A stretch of 59,414 bases of DNA from a virus (taxonomy: Duplodnaviria > Caudoviricetes). Shown one piece after another: positions 45,895 to 55,346 of this stretch. How positions within the stretch are numbered: position 1 is the first letter of the stretch; each line of letters starts with the position of its first letter. Location: positions 1 to 59,414 of IMG/VR virus record IMGVR_UViG_3300025009_000114, one strand, 5' to 3'. Under the pieces are notes generated by a model. The model made no database searches. It was not told the origin of the DNA and worked only from the letters and a program-made list of their open reading frames with translations. A program made the translations under genes and the position numbers.

Positions 45895-47031
45895 TTACGG
45901 TAAGCTCCACACTTTAAGATCAGCATACACCTCAGTTCCTTGTGAAATAGCTGTTCCGAAACCATTAGTAACAGCACTTACTGTATAGTGCCTTAATTCT
46001 AATTCTGTTTGTACTAATAGGGTTATTTTTCCTGATATTACAGACGGAACATAGGCCAGATTATCAACAGTTCCTTCTAGGATATAAGAACTACCTGTTA
46101 CATCATATAACCTAAGTTTACTGCCTTGCACGTTAGCACCTAAAGTACCAATACCTTCTATATAGTAAGTACCAGCAGGTAGTGTAACTTTATTGCTTGC
46201 AAGAGATGCACCTGATATTTCATTTGTTAATACAGTATTAAGAACCCTAGTGTTTATACCAGCAGAGCTATTAGCCCCATTGGTTCCTTGAGTTCTTTGA
46301 TCTTGTACGTGGAGCAACTTAATTGACACTTGAACAGGAGCATTAGCTATGACAAACGCAGTAGTTGCTATTTGAGTTGTATTAGTCCCAGGAGAGGCTG
46401 TTGGTGCTGCTGGTGTACCTGTAAGTGTTGGAGATGCTAGAGGTGCCTTAAGATCCAGGGCAGATTGTGTAGCAGTACTAACAGGTTTATTAGCATCGCT
46501 GGTATCATCTACATTACCAAGACTAACAGTGCTTTTAGTTATAGATATTACAGGATTATGAGGATCTGTATTATCGACACCAGTACCTGTGAGTGTCTGA
46601 AGTCCAGCAGATGCTTGAGCCTTTGCAGCCCAATGTTTAGCCGAATACTTGCCAGTGGTTACAGGAACATCTTCTGACTCTTCAGCCCACTGCTCTGCAA
46701 GAGCAGCTTTTGTAGTTGCTGTGCTTGCTGCTGTGCTTGCAGTAGAAGCACTACTAGTTGCGCTACTTGCGCTTGCAGTAGCTGAAGCCCTATCAGAACC
46801 TGTTTGTACTCTATCAGCAGCGGTTTGGGTTGCATCAGCTTCAGCAGAATCTGCATGACCCTCAGCAATACCAGCCCAATAAGTAGCATCACCGCCTGCT
46901 GCAACTATGTCTGCTTCTGCTAATTGGAATGCAGCATCTACTGCACTGTTAATTGAATTAAGGTCATCTGCGTAGGCAATATCACCATCGGAAACTTCCT
47001 TTCCACTAGAATTATAATATGTAGAAGCCAT
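45895..47031 (-). CDS. Tail fibre protein
   Basis: A/S/T repeats, LGNVDDTSDANKPVSTA, APLASPTLTGTPAAPT...TQIATTAFV. Confidence 0.8.
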   Translation of the reverse strand: MASTYYNSSGKEVSDGDIAYADDLNSINSAVDAAFQLAEADIVAAGGDATYWAGIAEGHADSAEADATQTAADRVQTGSDRASATASASSATSSASTASTAASTATTKAALAEQWAEESEDVPVTTGKYSAKHWAAKAQASAGLQTLTGTGVDNTDPHNPVISITKSTVSLGNVDDTSDANKPVSTATQSALDLKAPLASPTLTGTPAAPTASPGTNTTQIATTAFVIANAPVQVSIKLLHVQDQRTQGTNGANSSAGINTRVLNTVLTNEISGASLASNKVTLPAGTYYIEGIGTLGANVQGSKLRLYDVTGSSYILEGTVDNLAYVPSVISGKITLLVQTELELRHYTVSAVTNGFGTAISQGTEVYADLKVWSLP

Positions 47032-47037
47032 AGTTAT

Positions 47038-48639
47038 TTATAGTTGCCTGCCACAAAGTTGAAAATCTGTTATGAGGTTTTGGACTGTATGTTGTCTTTT
47101 GTAAGCCTCACTAGTTCTTATAGTTACACTCATATTTGCAGCTAATCCGTTTATAGGATACTTGATCATATTAGTATTCTCAGATCCACTATATCTCATA
47201 GTTCCCCACACGCCCTCTCCGTATCTTGCACCAGCACCTGTGAGGTCTATTTGCATAATACCAGATCTCGGTATGTACCCTGATACGTAATCAAAAGAGA
47301 ATCTAATGTTCACCGTAAGATCACTAATAGATGCTATCTCAAATGTAACTTCTTTAAATCTCTTCCAGTTTCTAGGAGACTTGTAGTGATAGAAAGCTGT
47401 ACTCATAAGGGTATCAATAGCAACTCCATCAAAAGATGTCCCTATATCCATCTGATATACATAACCATCTGTAGATGTAAAGAAGATAACTATATCTCCA
47501 TTAGCATCTTCACCTTCTGTAACTGTTAGGACTGGCTTAATGAAATCTATTACTGTTACTCCTCGTAGTTTCTTATTGAGAAATGAGAAGTAAAGAGCAC
47601 CACCATTAGAGAAGTAAAGTCTATATTGGTTTAAACTACGAGACACAACAGAACAAGCGATAGATTGCTTGTTGTTCTGTAAGGTCTTCTGGACTCTCTG
47701 TGAGAGACTATTAGACTTGAAGTCACCAAATTCTTGTGCAGCTTCTAGACTAGTTACGCCCCTATCATCCATAAAAATAACAGTACCGAAGACCCTCTGA
47801 GCGGTGTTACTGTATGCGCCTGAAAAGTTTGAGTAAGACTCTACAACGAAATCTTCTGCTGAATATCCGTTTACAATTTTGATAGCTTCGTCGCAGAAGA
47901 CTATCAGAGTATTCCCAACACTAGCGATAAGATTAGTTATCTCTCTACCCATACCAAACTCACCGGCAGATGTAGTCCAATCTGCAGGATCACCAGCAGT
48001 AGAGTACTGTAAAGAACCTCCTACGTACGCCAACCAGAGTCTATCATTATGTGCTATCAGGTTAATTGGTTTGTCATCAGCACCCATACCTGCATTAGAA
48101 ATAACAGTAACTGTAGTCCCATCAAAAGCCCTGGTAGCGTTCTCTCCGTCTACCCAATACATAGAGAAATCATTAGGATCTCCAGTAAAGTTGTAATTAA
48201 AGAACTTATAGTTACCATCAGGTTCTAAAGGATCACCACTAGTGTCTATCTCATCCCAACCAGTTGCAGTGGCTACAAACATTGCTGCTGTAGCTCCTCC
48301 CTCTGCATTTCTAAATGCGTATACCTTACCTTCAAATATATGAACACCAAGCACATTACCAGAACCTGGAACTTCAGTAATTAGTTCTCTAGCTGCATCT
48401 TGATCTACATGATCGTCATCAGTAGCTCCGATAGAAGATGGTTTCTCTGTACCATCAAATCTCTCATATCCGGCTACTGAGATGTAACCACCCTGAGATC
48501 CCTCGACTAACTGATAGTTATAGCCAGCTATTAACTCTCCACCTTTCAATTCAATGGAACTTACGTTCTCATTGAGACCTCCGTCCATAATAACTGGCTC
48601 TGATCGGACAGAGGAGAACCTTAGTCTTCTATTCTTCAT
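47038..48639 (-). CDS. Tail nozzle / packaged-DNA stabilisation protein (beta-propeller)
   Basis: GGLN N-terminus, HNDRLW, YS..GDP..W; synteny. Confidence 0.7.
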   Translation of the reverse strand: MKNRRLRFSSVRSEPVIMDGGLNENVSSIELKGGELIAGYNYQLVEGSQGGYISVAGYERFDGTEKPSSIGATDDDHVDQDAARELITEVPGSGNVLGVHIFEGKVYAFRNAEGGATAAMFVATATGWDEIDTSGDPLEPDGNYKFFNYNFTGDPNDFSMYWVDGENATRAFDGTTVTVISNAGMGADDKPINLIAHNDRLWLAYVGGSLQYSTAGDPADWTTSAGEFGMGREITNLIASVGNTLIVFCDEAIKIVNGYSAEDFVVESYSNFSGAYSNTAQRVFGTVIFMDDRGVTSLEAAQEFGDFKSNSLSQRVQKTLQNNKQSIACSVVSRSLNQYRLYFSNGGALYFSFLNKKLRGVTVIDFIKPVLTVTEGEDANGDIVIFFTSTDGYVYQMDIGTSFDGVAIDTLMSTAFYHYKSPRNWKRFKEVTFEIASISDLTVNIRFSFDYVSGYIPRSGIMQIDLTGAGARYGEGVWGTMRYSGSENTNMIKYPINGLAANMSVTIRTSEAYKRQHTVQNLITDFQLCGRQL

Positions 48640-49310
48640 TAAGCTATACCAGTTATGATAATATCTTTCTTAGGTAAGTACCTACGCAACAAGGAACCAT
48701 ACAACTTAGCGTGGTCGTAGGAATACTTATCGTACAATTCAGGAGAGCTAATAGCAGCACAATACTTCGCTATAGCCTCATAGACTATCAGGAGATGAAA
48801 ATGTGATGGCATCTCAGGTACAGAACTGTCAGTAGTTAACGTCTGTGGTTTTTTCTGATAATCTAACGTGATAGTATAGATGCTATCAGGTCTATTAATA
48901 CAGATAGCATCGTCTTGTGGCCTGATAGTAAACTCACTTATTTTTTGATTAACCGAATCGTTTATGTGACGATAAGTGAAAGTATCATAGTCAACATAGT
49001 TATCTAAATACTTACTAGATGTGCCATCTGAGAAGTAGAAAGAACCTTTCTTCCACCTACCAAGCCTATGTGAAGATGTACCAAATATTGTAGAAGGCAG
49101 ATACGTAGTAGTTCCTACAACGGTATTGAATGAAACTCTATCTCTCAACCATACCCAATCTTCTCTAGCATTCTGAATGTCTGTATAAGCATCAGATACC
49201 ACATTAACTAGATCAACTTCAGCCCCCATAGCACCTGAAATAGAGGCTGGACCTGTACCTGACATTCCTACTCGGCTTCTAACAGCCCTTACAAGTTCTA
49301 TGAAGGTCAT
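48639..49310 (-). CDS. Head-tail adaptor (tail tubular protein A-like)
   Basis: MTFIELV, W.WL, P.MP..FH.LIVY; synteny. Confidence 0.7.
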   Translation of the reverse strand: MTFIELVRAVRSRVGMSGTGPASISGAMGAEVDLVNVVSDAYTDIQNAREDWVWLRDRVSFNTVVGTTTYLPSTIFGTSSHRLGRWKKGSFYFSDGTSSKYLDNYVDYDTFTYRHINDSVNQKISEFTIRPQDDAICINRPDSIYTITLDYQKKPQTLTTDSSVPEMPSHFHLLIVYEAIAKYCAAISSPELYDKYSYDHAKLYGSLLRRYLPKKDIIITGIA

Positions 49311-49315
49311 CTATA

Positions 49316-49534
49316 TTACTCTTTCTTTGCTGATTTGGGTGCGTATTTAACTACAGGTCTTGAAGTATGAACCTCTGGTTTCTCTTCGTTCAGGTTGAGT
49401 TCTTCGAGCACTGATGGTTTCTCAGGTACAACTGTCTCCCATTCACCTGGCTCTTTACGCAACTTGATCTCTCCGATTACGTAGATACCACCATTCTTAA
49501 TGTTTCTTACAGTGAACATCTTTTCATTTCGCAT
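49316..49534 (-). CDS. Small hypothetical protein
   Basis: AAGGA SD. Confidence 0.55.
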   Translation of the reverse strand: MRNEKMFTVRNIKNGGIYVIGEIKLRKEPGEWETVVPEKPSVLEELNLNEEKPEVHTSRPVVKYAPKSAKKE

Positions 49535-49561
49535 ACTTGTTTATTTCCTTTAGATATAAGA

Positions 49562-49601
49562 AAGGGTCTATCAGTTTCTGATAGAACCTAATAGACCCTT
49601 T
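49562..49601 (-). terminator. Hairpin after the capsid gene (putative terminator built from CTRATAG motifs)
   Basis: AAGGGTCTAT...ATAGACCCTT. Confidence 0.5.
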
Positions 49602-49650
49602 AGTTTAAGTTAAAGTGCAAAGCACTGTTGAGCGAACGTTAGTGAGCGAA

Positions 49651-51712
49651 TTAGCCAGCAATGATAACACTCTCTACAAGTGCTACTGGCTGAATTACTT
49701 CACGACCGTAGACCGAAAGTCCTCGCATATACTGACCGAAACTATCAGGAATCATTAAAGATTCGGTCTTGGTTAATTGCAGTGCGAAGGTAATAGCCTC
49801 TTTAGTTCCTGCAAGCGCATAAAACAACTCAGCAGTACCCTCAGTTGCATGATAGAGGTTATTAGTTTGAATGACCTTCATCCTGTCAATCATACCTACC
49901 ACTCCTGTTCGAAGAACACCAGTAGAATCCCCGGTAATATCAGCAGACTTAAGGTCACCTTTCTTCAGTCGAGCCACAGCCCAAGCTGGCAAAAGAACCC
50001 AACGATTCTCACTTGGGATATTTTGCTCATCAAGTACAACGTTCATATCAACAATAAGATCCGTTGCATTGTCAGAGGTAAGAGACACTGCATTAGATCC
50101 ATTAGAACCACCAGCAGCACCGAGTGCAATGTTAGACAGAACACCAGCGGTATTACCACGGTTGTTACTGTCAGCTTTGCCAACTACATAAGACAGTACA
50201 TCAGCATCAATAGCAATCTTCAGACGCTCACCAGCATCGGCAGCAAACTTATTCATCAGATCGAGATCAGTTTGAACTGCGTCAATGTCGTCGATTTTAA
50301 AAGACCAGCTCTTAGCTTCAGTGATGTTAAGGGTCTTGTTTGCTTTCTCAGGAACTTCGTAAGAAAGCGTACCACCGACAGTGTAATCGCTGATGGTGAT
50401 AGCAGGGATAGTACGGATAAGTACCTGATCTCCCTGACCTTTGCATAAATCTTAAAGATTTCGGACTATTACTTATCCTTTCGGATACTCTCTGTTTAGT
50501 CTCTGCTGCTTGCGTATATTATGTAATTCAAGTATATCTTGTATTAGTGAGTATTTCTTTTCGTGCATTATATAGGATCTTATTTTCTCCAGAAATGGCA
50601 CAGCAAATGAAGCGTCCCCATATCCAAGATTTCTTTCCCAATCGCACCAAGATCTTATAGAATAAATATTCCCCTTGAAGTCTCTTTTAAATAACTCTAA
50701 TAAATGCTTATCATCAGCACTCTGAGTAATTTTTAACCTCATTTCGTAGAAATCTTTATTCTCTCTTTTACTCAACTTTATACATCCATTTCCAGCTATA
50801 ACACCTGCAACATAAGACCAAGATAAGTGCTTTGGCATTTTTAACCATCTACTGTTTTTTCTTGAACACTGACAATAAGCCTTTAGTTCTTCGATAATAT
50901 TTTGTGAAATATCTTCAACATCTTTATGTTGATCTGATATCCATATCATATTATCAAGATGTGTAGCTTTTAATCTCATATGCTTTCCAATCCTGTTGAA
51001 AAGTATACGAGTTTCTTTGTCCCTCATAGTCCAAGTACAGGTAGAAGAGGTATTCTCACCGTCTTCTATTTTGTAGTACAAAGATCCAATATTATAAAAA
51101 TCTCTTAAGGATCTTATTACTTCAAAATCTTGATCGTTAGTTGCAGATTGTGTTAAACTTAATGTTACACTTACTCGTTGTTTTTCTGAAGTTCTAGTCT
51201 TGTAGAAGAATAGAGAAACACAACCATCAGTATCTACAAGACCTGCTAGATATTTGTTTAGTTGTTCTGAATGCACTCTGTTCTTTTTCAATTGACCGCT
51301 CAGAAGTTTATAAGCAAGTGTTGATGTGTTATACTTTGAAAAATACATAAGTAACTCCTGTGTTAATTTGGAGTCACACATTGCATCGAGTTTTACCTCG
51401 TTATTTAAGAGAGTTACGAGACCAAATTAGTTAATCTCGCCTTGATCAATGTGGACTATCATTTTATCTTTCGACTTTAGACCGTTTAGTCTCTGCGGGT
51501 GCTAAAAGCTTCCCTCGGATTTTACTCCGTTATTTAGGTCTAATTAAACTGATCATCAAGGTATTTTAATCAGTATTAGCGATCTCTCCAAATACAGTAG
51601 ACAGATAGAAGTTTTTTAACATCTTCGAGGACCATACAATAGGAGTAAATTTGCTAGTCCCATCAGATGCATAGTCTTTATATCCAGAGGTACGAGTTAC
51701 GCCATTAGCCAT
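49651..51712 (-). CDS. Major capsid protein; exons 51712-51568, 51446-51434, 50443-49651 (951 nt, 316 aa)
   Basis: GGAG SD; splice gives ...FTPIVWSSKMLKNFY...IANTD-YQGEI-KGQGDQVLIRTIP..., a P22/HK97-type coat N-terminal pattern; lies after the scaffold gene. Confidence 0.9.
50444..51433 (-). ncRNA. Reduced-core group I-like intron B (990 nt) with LAGLIDADG ORF in L6a
   Basis: P1 CGAGAU/GUCUCG with U.G; P3 ACUCUCU/AGAGAGU; P4 CGAG-GUAAAA-CUCG; GCAGAGACUA...AUAGUCC; P8 UAUCC-GAAA-GGAUA; terminal G. Confidence 0.88.
50473..51348 (-). CDS. Intron-encoded double-motif LAGLIDADG endonuclease / possible maturase
   Basis: YLAGLVDTDG and YVAGVIAGNG; ATG 51348 after AGGAG. Confidence 0.88.
   Translation of the reverse strand: MYFSKYNTSTLAYKLLSGQLKKNRVHSEQLNKYLAGLVDTDGCVSLFFYKTRTSEKQRVSVTLSLTQSATNDQDFEVIRSLRDFYNIGSLYYKIEDGENTSSTCTWTMRDKETRILFNRIGKHMRLKATHLDNMIWISDQHKDVEDISQNIIEELKAYCQCSRKNSRWLKMPKHLSWSYVAGVIAGNGCIKLSKRENKDFYEMRLKITQSADDKHLLELFKRDFKGNIYSIRSWCDWERNLGYGDASFAVPFLEKIRSYIMHEKKYSLIQDILELHNIRKQQRLNREYPKG
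51447..51567 (-). ncRNA. 121-nt minimal ORF-less group I-like intron A
   Basis: P1 ACUGAUU/GAUCAGU; P10 CCUUGAU/AUCAAGG; P3 UUAGACC/GGUCUAA; P4 CGGA-GUAAAA-UCCG; P6; GCAGAGACUA...AUAGUCC; P8 GUC-GAAA-GAU; terminal G. Confidence 0.85.
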
Positions 51713-51733
51713 TTTTACTTCTCCTTATAATTT

Positions 51734-52699
51734 TTATCCGACTATCCTTCCTTCCTGGAAGGCTTTATCGAATTTAGCTTCAATTAGGTTTGCTTCTTTT
51801 TCTTTTCCTCTATATTTACCCCTAGTAAGGTCGTTCATAAACTTATTGTACTCTTCGATAGTATAGGTTCTTTTAGTGTCCTTATCCATATCTACAGCAG
51901 TGCCTTTAGTCCCGACAGGAGTGACCTTCTTACTAAGGATGTCGTCCTTCTTAGGAGATCTCTGAGCCTTATAGTCCAAATAGAATCCAGCCAGTGCCTT
52001 TGCAGATCGTGATTGCACAGCAGACGAAAAGAGTTGCTTACGTGGTACTGAATCTACTTCATCTATTTCTTCAAGATAGTTGATAAACCCCGGATCTACA
52101 TCTATCTCTTGCCAATCATCCACCAGAGTGCTAAGTTTTACTTTAAGGTGGTTGAAAGATTCCTCTTCAACAGTCTCTTGTTCTTTCTTAAGCTGCTTAA
52201 TCTTCTCTTGCTTAAGTTGTCGAATCTCTTCTTTCAGTCCTTTCAGATCCTCAGATTCTTCTGATTGGGGTGCAACTTTCTTTACAGCTTTCTTGAAGAT
52301 ATTAATAGCGTCAGATCCAAGAAGATCTTCGTCTTCCTGGGTGAAGATATTATTAAAAGAATCTTCTTTCTTTTGTTTCGAGATCTGCTTCTTGATATCT
52401 ACCAGTTCAGAAAGAATTACTTCGTTCTTCTCTGTAAGAGACGCTAGATCTGATTTCAAAGCTGCATTGTCTTTACGAAGTTGAAAGATAGTGTTATCAG
52501 CAGTAGCCTTAAAGTTAGTGAACCTTTTCTTCCAGTCCTCCTGCGGAGGTTGTTCCTCTTGCTGCTTTACTTCTACAGCAATAGGCTCTGGAATTACTTC
52601 TTGTTCAACTACTTCATCCACTACTTGCTCTTCTTCAGCAGATCCAAAGAGTAATTTCTCAGCTTCTTGTTCTTCTTTTGCTAATTTCTCAAAGATCAT
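51734..52699 (-). CDS. Capsid scaffolding protein
   Basis: Acidic coiled coil between portal and capsid; ATG 52699 after GGAGG. Confidence 0.75.
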   Translation of the reverse strand: MIFEKLAKEEQEAEKLLFGSAEEEQVVDEVVEQEVIPEPIAVEVKQQEEQPPQEDWKKRFTNFKATADNTIFQLRKDNAALKSDLASLTEKNEVILSELVDIKKQISKQKKEDSFNNIFTQEDEDLLGSDAINIFKKAVKKVAPQSEESEDLKGLKEEIRQLKQEKIKQLKKEQETVEEESFNHLKVKLSTLVDDWQEIDVDPGFINYLEEIDEVDSVPRKQLFSSAVQSRSAKALAGFYLDYKAQRSPKKDDILSKKVTPVGTKGTAVDMDKDTKRTYTIEEYNKFMNDLTRGKYRGKEKEANLIEAKFDKAFQEGRIVG

Positions 52700-52814
52700 T
52701 AATGTCCTCCAGTGCAATAAGATATATGGTCCCTATTAGTTTCTCTTGGCCTTGAGGAACTAATAGGGGATATTCTATTACAGGTTGTTGGGGTTTTGCT
52801 ATCTAAGGAATCTC

Positions 52815-53006
52815 TTAGGCTAGCAGGGTTAAAAGAGTGGAAAGCACTTTAGCTCTCCCTCTAAGTTCTTGAACTTTATCCATCGGAAAGGTGATCAGAC
52901 TATCTTTAGTAGTCTCCAGATCTTTCCTGATAAGTTCTTTTATAAAAGCCAGATCACCAGACTTTATTCGCTCTTTGTCTGGTGCTTTTAAGTTATCTAA
53001 AATCAT
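52815..53006 (-). CDS. Small protein after portal
   Basis: ATGA-coupled; LRGRAK.L..L pattern. Confidence 0.65.
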   Translation of the reverse strand: MILDNLKAPDKERIKSGDLAFIKELIRKDLETTKDSLITFPMDKVQELRGRAKVLSTLLTLLA

Positions 53007-55309
53007 TGTAAGTTGTTCTCATCCTGTCCATTAGTTTGAACAGACAGAGCAATGTTTTTATTAGTATCTCTATCCTTCTGCGCTGCATCTATTTGAGCCT
53101 TAGAAAGTGTAGTAGTACTCTTAGACACTACCTCCTGTAGCTTCTGTTCTAACTCTTTCAGCTTCAGTTGCATCTTACCGAACTCTATCTCAGCTTTCTG
53201 TTGCAACTCTTTCTCTTTCAGAAGTGCATTGCGTTGTGAAGCCATCTCAGCTTGTTCTACTTGCATCTGTACTTGCTGTACACCAGCAGAAGTTTGAGCT
53301 TGTTTGTTCTGCTGCTCTGCTTGTACTTGCTGCTGCTGTTGGGCTTCTTGCTGTTTTAACTTACGCTTCAATTCAATACGAGAAGGTACGATATTAGTAC
53401 CTAGTCCAAGAGATGCTGCCATCTCTCTAAGTATCTCAGCAAGCCCCTCTACACCAACTATCTGGAGATAAGTCTGATTACCAAGGATCTGTAAGAACTC
53501 ATTACGCCTCATCTCCTGAGCACCTTTCATTGTAAGTGCCTGGGAGCCTTTAGCTATAACTTGAATATCACCAGAGAACTGAAGATCCTGATTGGTGATC
53601 ATATTCCAGTAGAATTGATATTCTACACGTGGCTTAATCAGACCATCGTCTATGTGCCTAATAGCGTCTTTAATACCCTTAGAGGCTGACTCAAGCAACA
53701 TAGACAAACCACTAGCAGTTGTAGCTGCACCACCACTTCTTTCATTTCCATAGGCATATCTCGGAATACTAGTCGCATCATCTGCTCTTAGTTCAAACTC
53801 TTTGTATACTGCCAGCAACTCCGAAGCATTGCTCGATGGTTGCCAGAATTGAACAGCCCTTCCACCAGCACCTGTAGGGTCTGTAGTTACCTGCCACATC
53901 TTGAAGGGGTAGATACTCTCAAGTTCTTCATCTGCTGCTAGACGATCTATATAGACCTCTATTTGAGGGCCAGCAGCAATACCCATGTTATTACTAAGTG
54001 CTCTGGCAGTTGCATTACATATACGCTGAATGTCTCTCATCAACTCTGGTAAGGAACGACCCCACCAGGAACCTGGGATATTCTGGAAGCAAGCCTTGTA
54101 GTATGGCCTGCGAAGAAGAGGGTCATCGTTGATCATGCACTTAATTACACGATCACCCACAAGGATAGCCTCTACTTCAAACTCTTTATTTGTATCTTCA
54201 CCGATCTCTGAATTAGGTACTCCCCAATCAGATAACAGACTATGTGGAGCTGAACCAAAGAAATGAATACCATGATAGACATCCCTATTAGCTGCATAGG
54301 TATCCCCTCTGTATTCCTCTATTGCTTTCTCTTCTTCGATCTCAGAGTCTAATAGGTCAGGTGAGTTACCTAATGGTGTATTATCAAGAAGCTCTCTGAT
54401 GTATTCTTCTGAGTATCCTTCTACACCTATTAGCCCATACAAGTCCTTACGAGATAATCTTATGTGCTCACAGAGATCACCCTCATCTATCTTGGTTGCT
54501 GATGGGGATGGGTAGATATCCAGTGGGGCTACTCGTCTGTTTAAGTAGCAGTACTCTTCAGACACTAAAGGTTTCCCCTTGTCCCAAGTCATTTTCTTCT
54601 TCTTGGTGATAATTGGACCCTTCATAATAGCTGCCTGGAAGACACAGAAGTCTTCTATAAACTCTGATAGGGCTTCTTCCCAATCACCTTCATCTAATTG
54701 GTCAGCTACGATATCTTCAAACTTCTTTACTTCAGTTTCTGCTAGCTTATAGATCTCATCGGCTATAGCTTCTTCTATATCTATCCTAAGTTGATTGAGT
54801 TCTTGTACACCAGCAGCAGCACCCTCTAAGGAGCCATCACCACTCTCTTTTAACTCAGAGGCCATCTGCTCTATTCGTTGTCTAATAGTGCTAGATACTT
54901 CTTCTGGAAGGTCAGGAACTGTAGTTGGCGAAAAGGACCAAGCCTTTTCTTTAGCTGACATAAGAATATCTCTTATCCAAGACATTGCAGCCCTACATTT
55001 CGTAGGTGTCAGGTTCATATAGATCTGAGAGCCACCAGTTGCCTTGATCTTACTAAGATCTTCAGGGTCATATCGACCATTGTAGGCTCTTAGTGATTGA
55101 AGTAGCTTCTCTTCTATACCTGATGTCTGTCTAGCGTCTTTGTTTCTCTGAAACACGCTCATAATATGAGAAGTTAAAGAAGATTGGAGCCTTTCATGGT
55201 CTATTTCTTTCTCTAATTCCTCTCGTTCTTTGAGGAATGCATCTTCCATTGCCATAACTTCACTGGCAGATGCTATTAGCACTCCTGGTTTGTCATTAAC
55301 TGTATCCAC
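53003..55309 (-). CDS. Portal protein
   Basis: 768 aa after terminase; PGSWWGRSLPE, Q-rich C-terminal barrel. Confidence 0.85.
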   Translation of the reverse strand: MDTVNDKPGVLIASASEVMAMEDAFLKEREELEKEIDHERLQSSLTSHIMSVFQRNKDARQTSGIEEKLLQSLRAYNGRYDPEDLSKIKATGGSQIYMNLTPTKCRAAMSWIRDILMSAKEKAWSFSPTTVPDLPEEVSSTIRQRIEQMASELKESGDGSLEGAAAGVQELNQLRIDIEEAIADEIYKLAETEVKKFEDIVADQLDEGDWEEALSEFIEDFCVFQAAIMKGPIITKKKKMTWDKGKPLVSEEYCYLNRRVAPLDIYPSPSATKIDEGDLCEHIRLSRKDLYGLIGVEGYSEEYIRELLDNTPLGNSPDLLDSEIEEEKAIEEYRGDTYAANRDVYHGIHFFGSAPHSLLSDWGVPNSEIGEDTNKEFEVEAILVGDRVIKCMINDDPLLRRPYYKACFQNIPGSWWGRSLPELMRDIQRICNATARALSNNMGIAAGPQIEVYIDRLAADEELESIYPFKMWQVTTDPTGAGGRAVQFWQPSSNASELLAVYKEFELRADDATSIPRYAYGNERSGGAATTASGLSMLLESASKGIKDAIRHIDDGLIKPRVEYQFYWNMITNQDLQFSGDIQVIAKGSQALTMKGAQEMRRNEFLQILGNQTYLQIVGVEGLAEILREMAASLGLGTNIVPSRIELKRKLKQQEAQQQQQVQAEQQNKQAQTSAGVQQVQMQVEQAEMASQRNALLKEKELQQKAEIEFGKMQLKLKELEQKLQEVVSKSTTTLSKAQIDAAQKDRDTNKNIALSVQTNGQDENNLQ

Positions 55310-55346
55310 CTCGATTCACTCCTTCGGAGTTCAAAAGCCTATCGGC

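Noticed and set aside
49651-50256. 201-aa ORF as the complete capsid protein
   Set aside because: The frame extends upstream to 50443 without a good start, and the conserved N-terminus lies in exons 1 and 2.
49777-50448. 223-aa plus-strand ORF and similar antisense ORFs across 29.7-58 kb
   Set aside because: They overlap well-supported minus-strand structural genes and show no recognisable motifs.
50444-51567. One single large intron in the capsid gene
   Set aside because: Joining 51568 to 50443 frameshifts and deletes YQGEI; two complete P1/P3/P7 sets are present.
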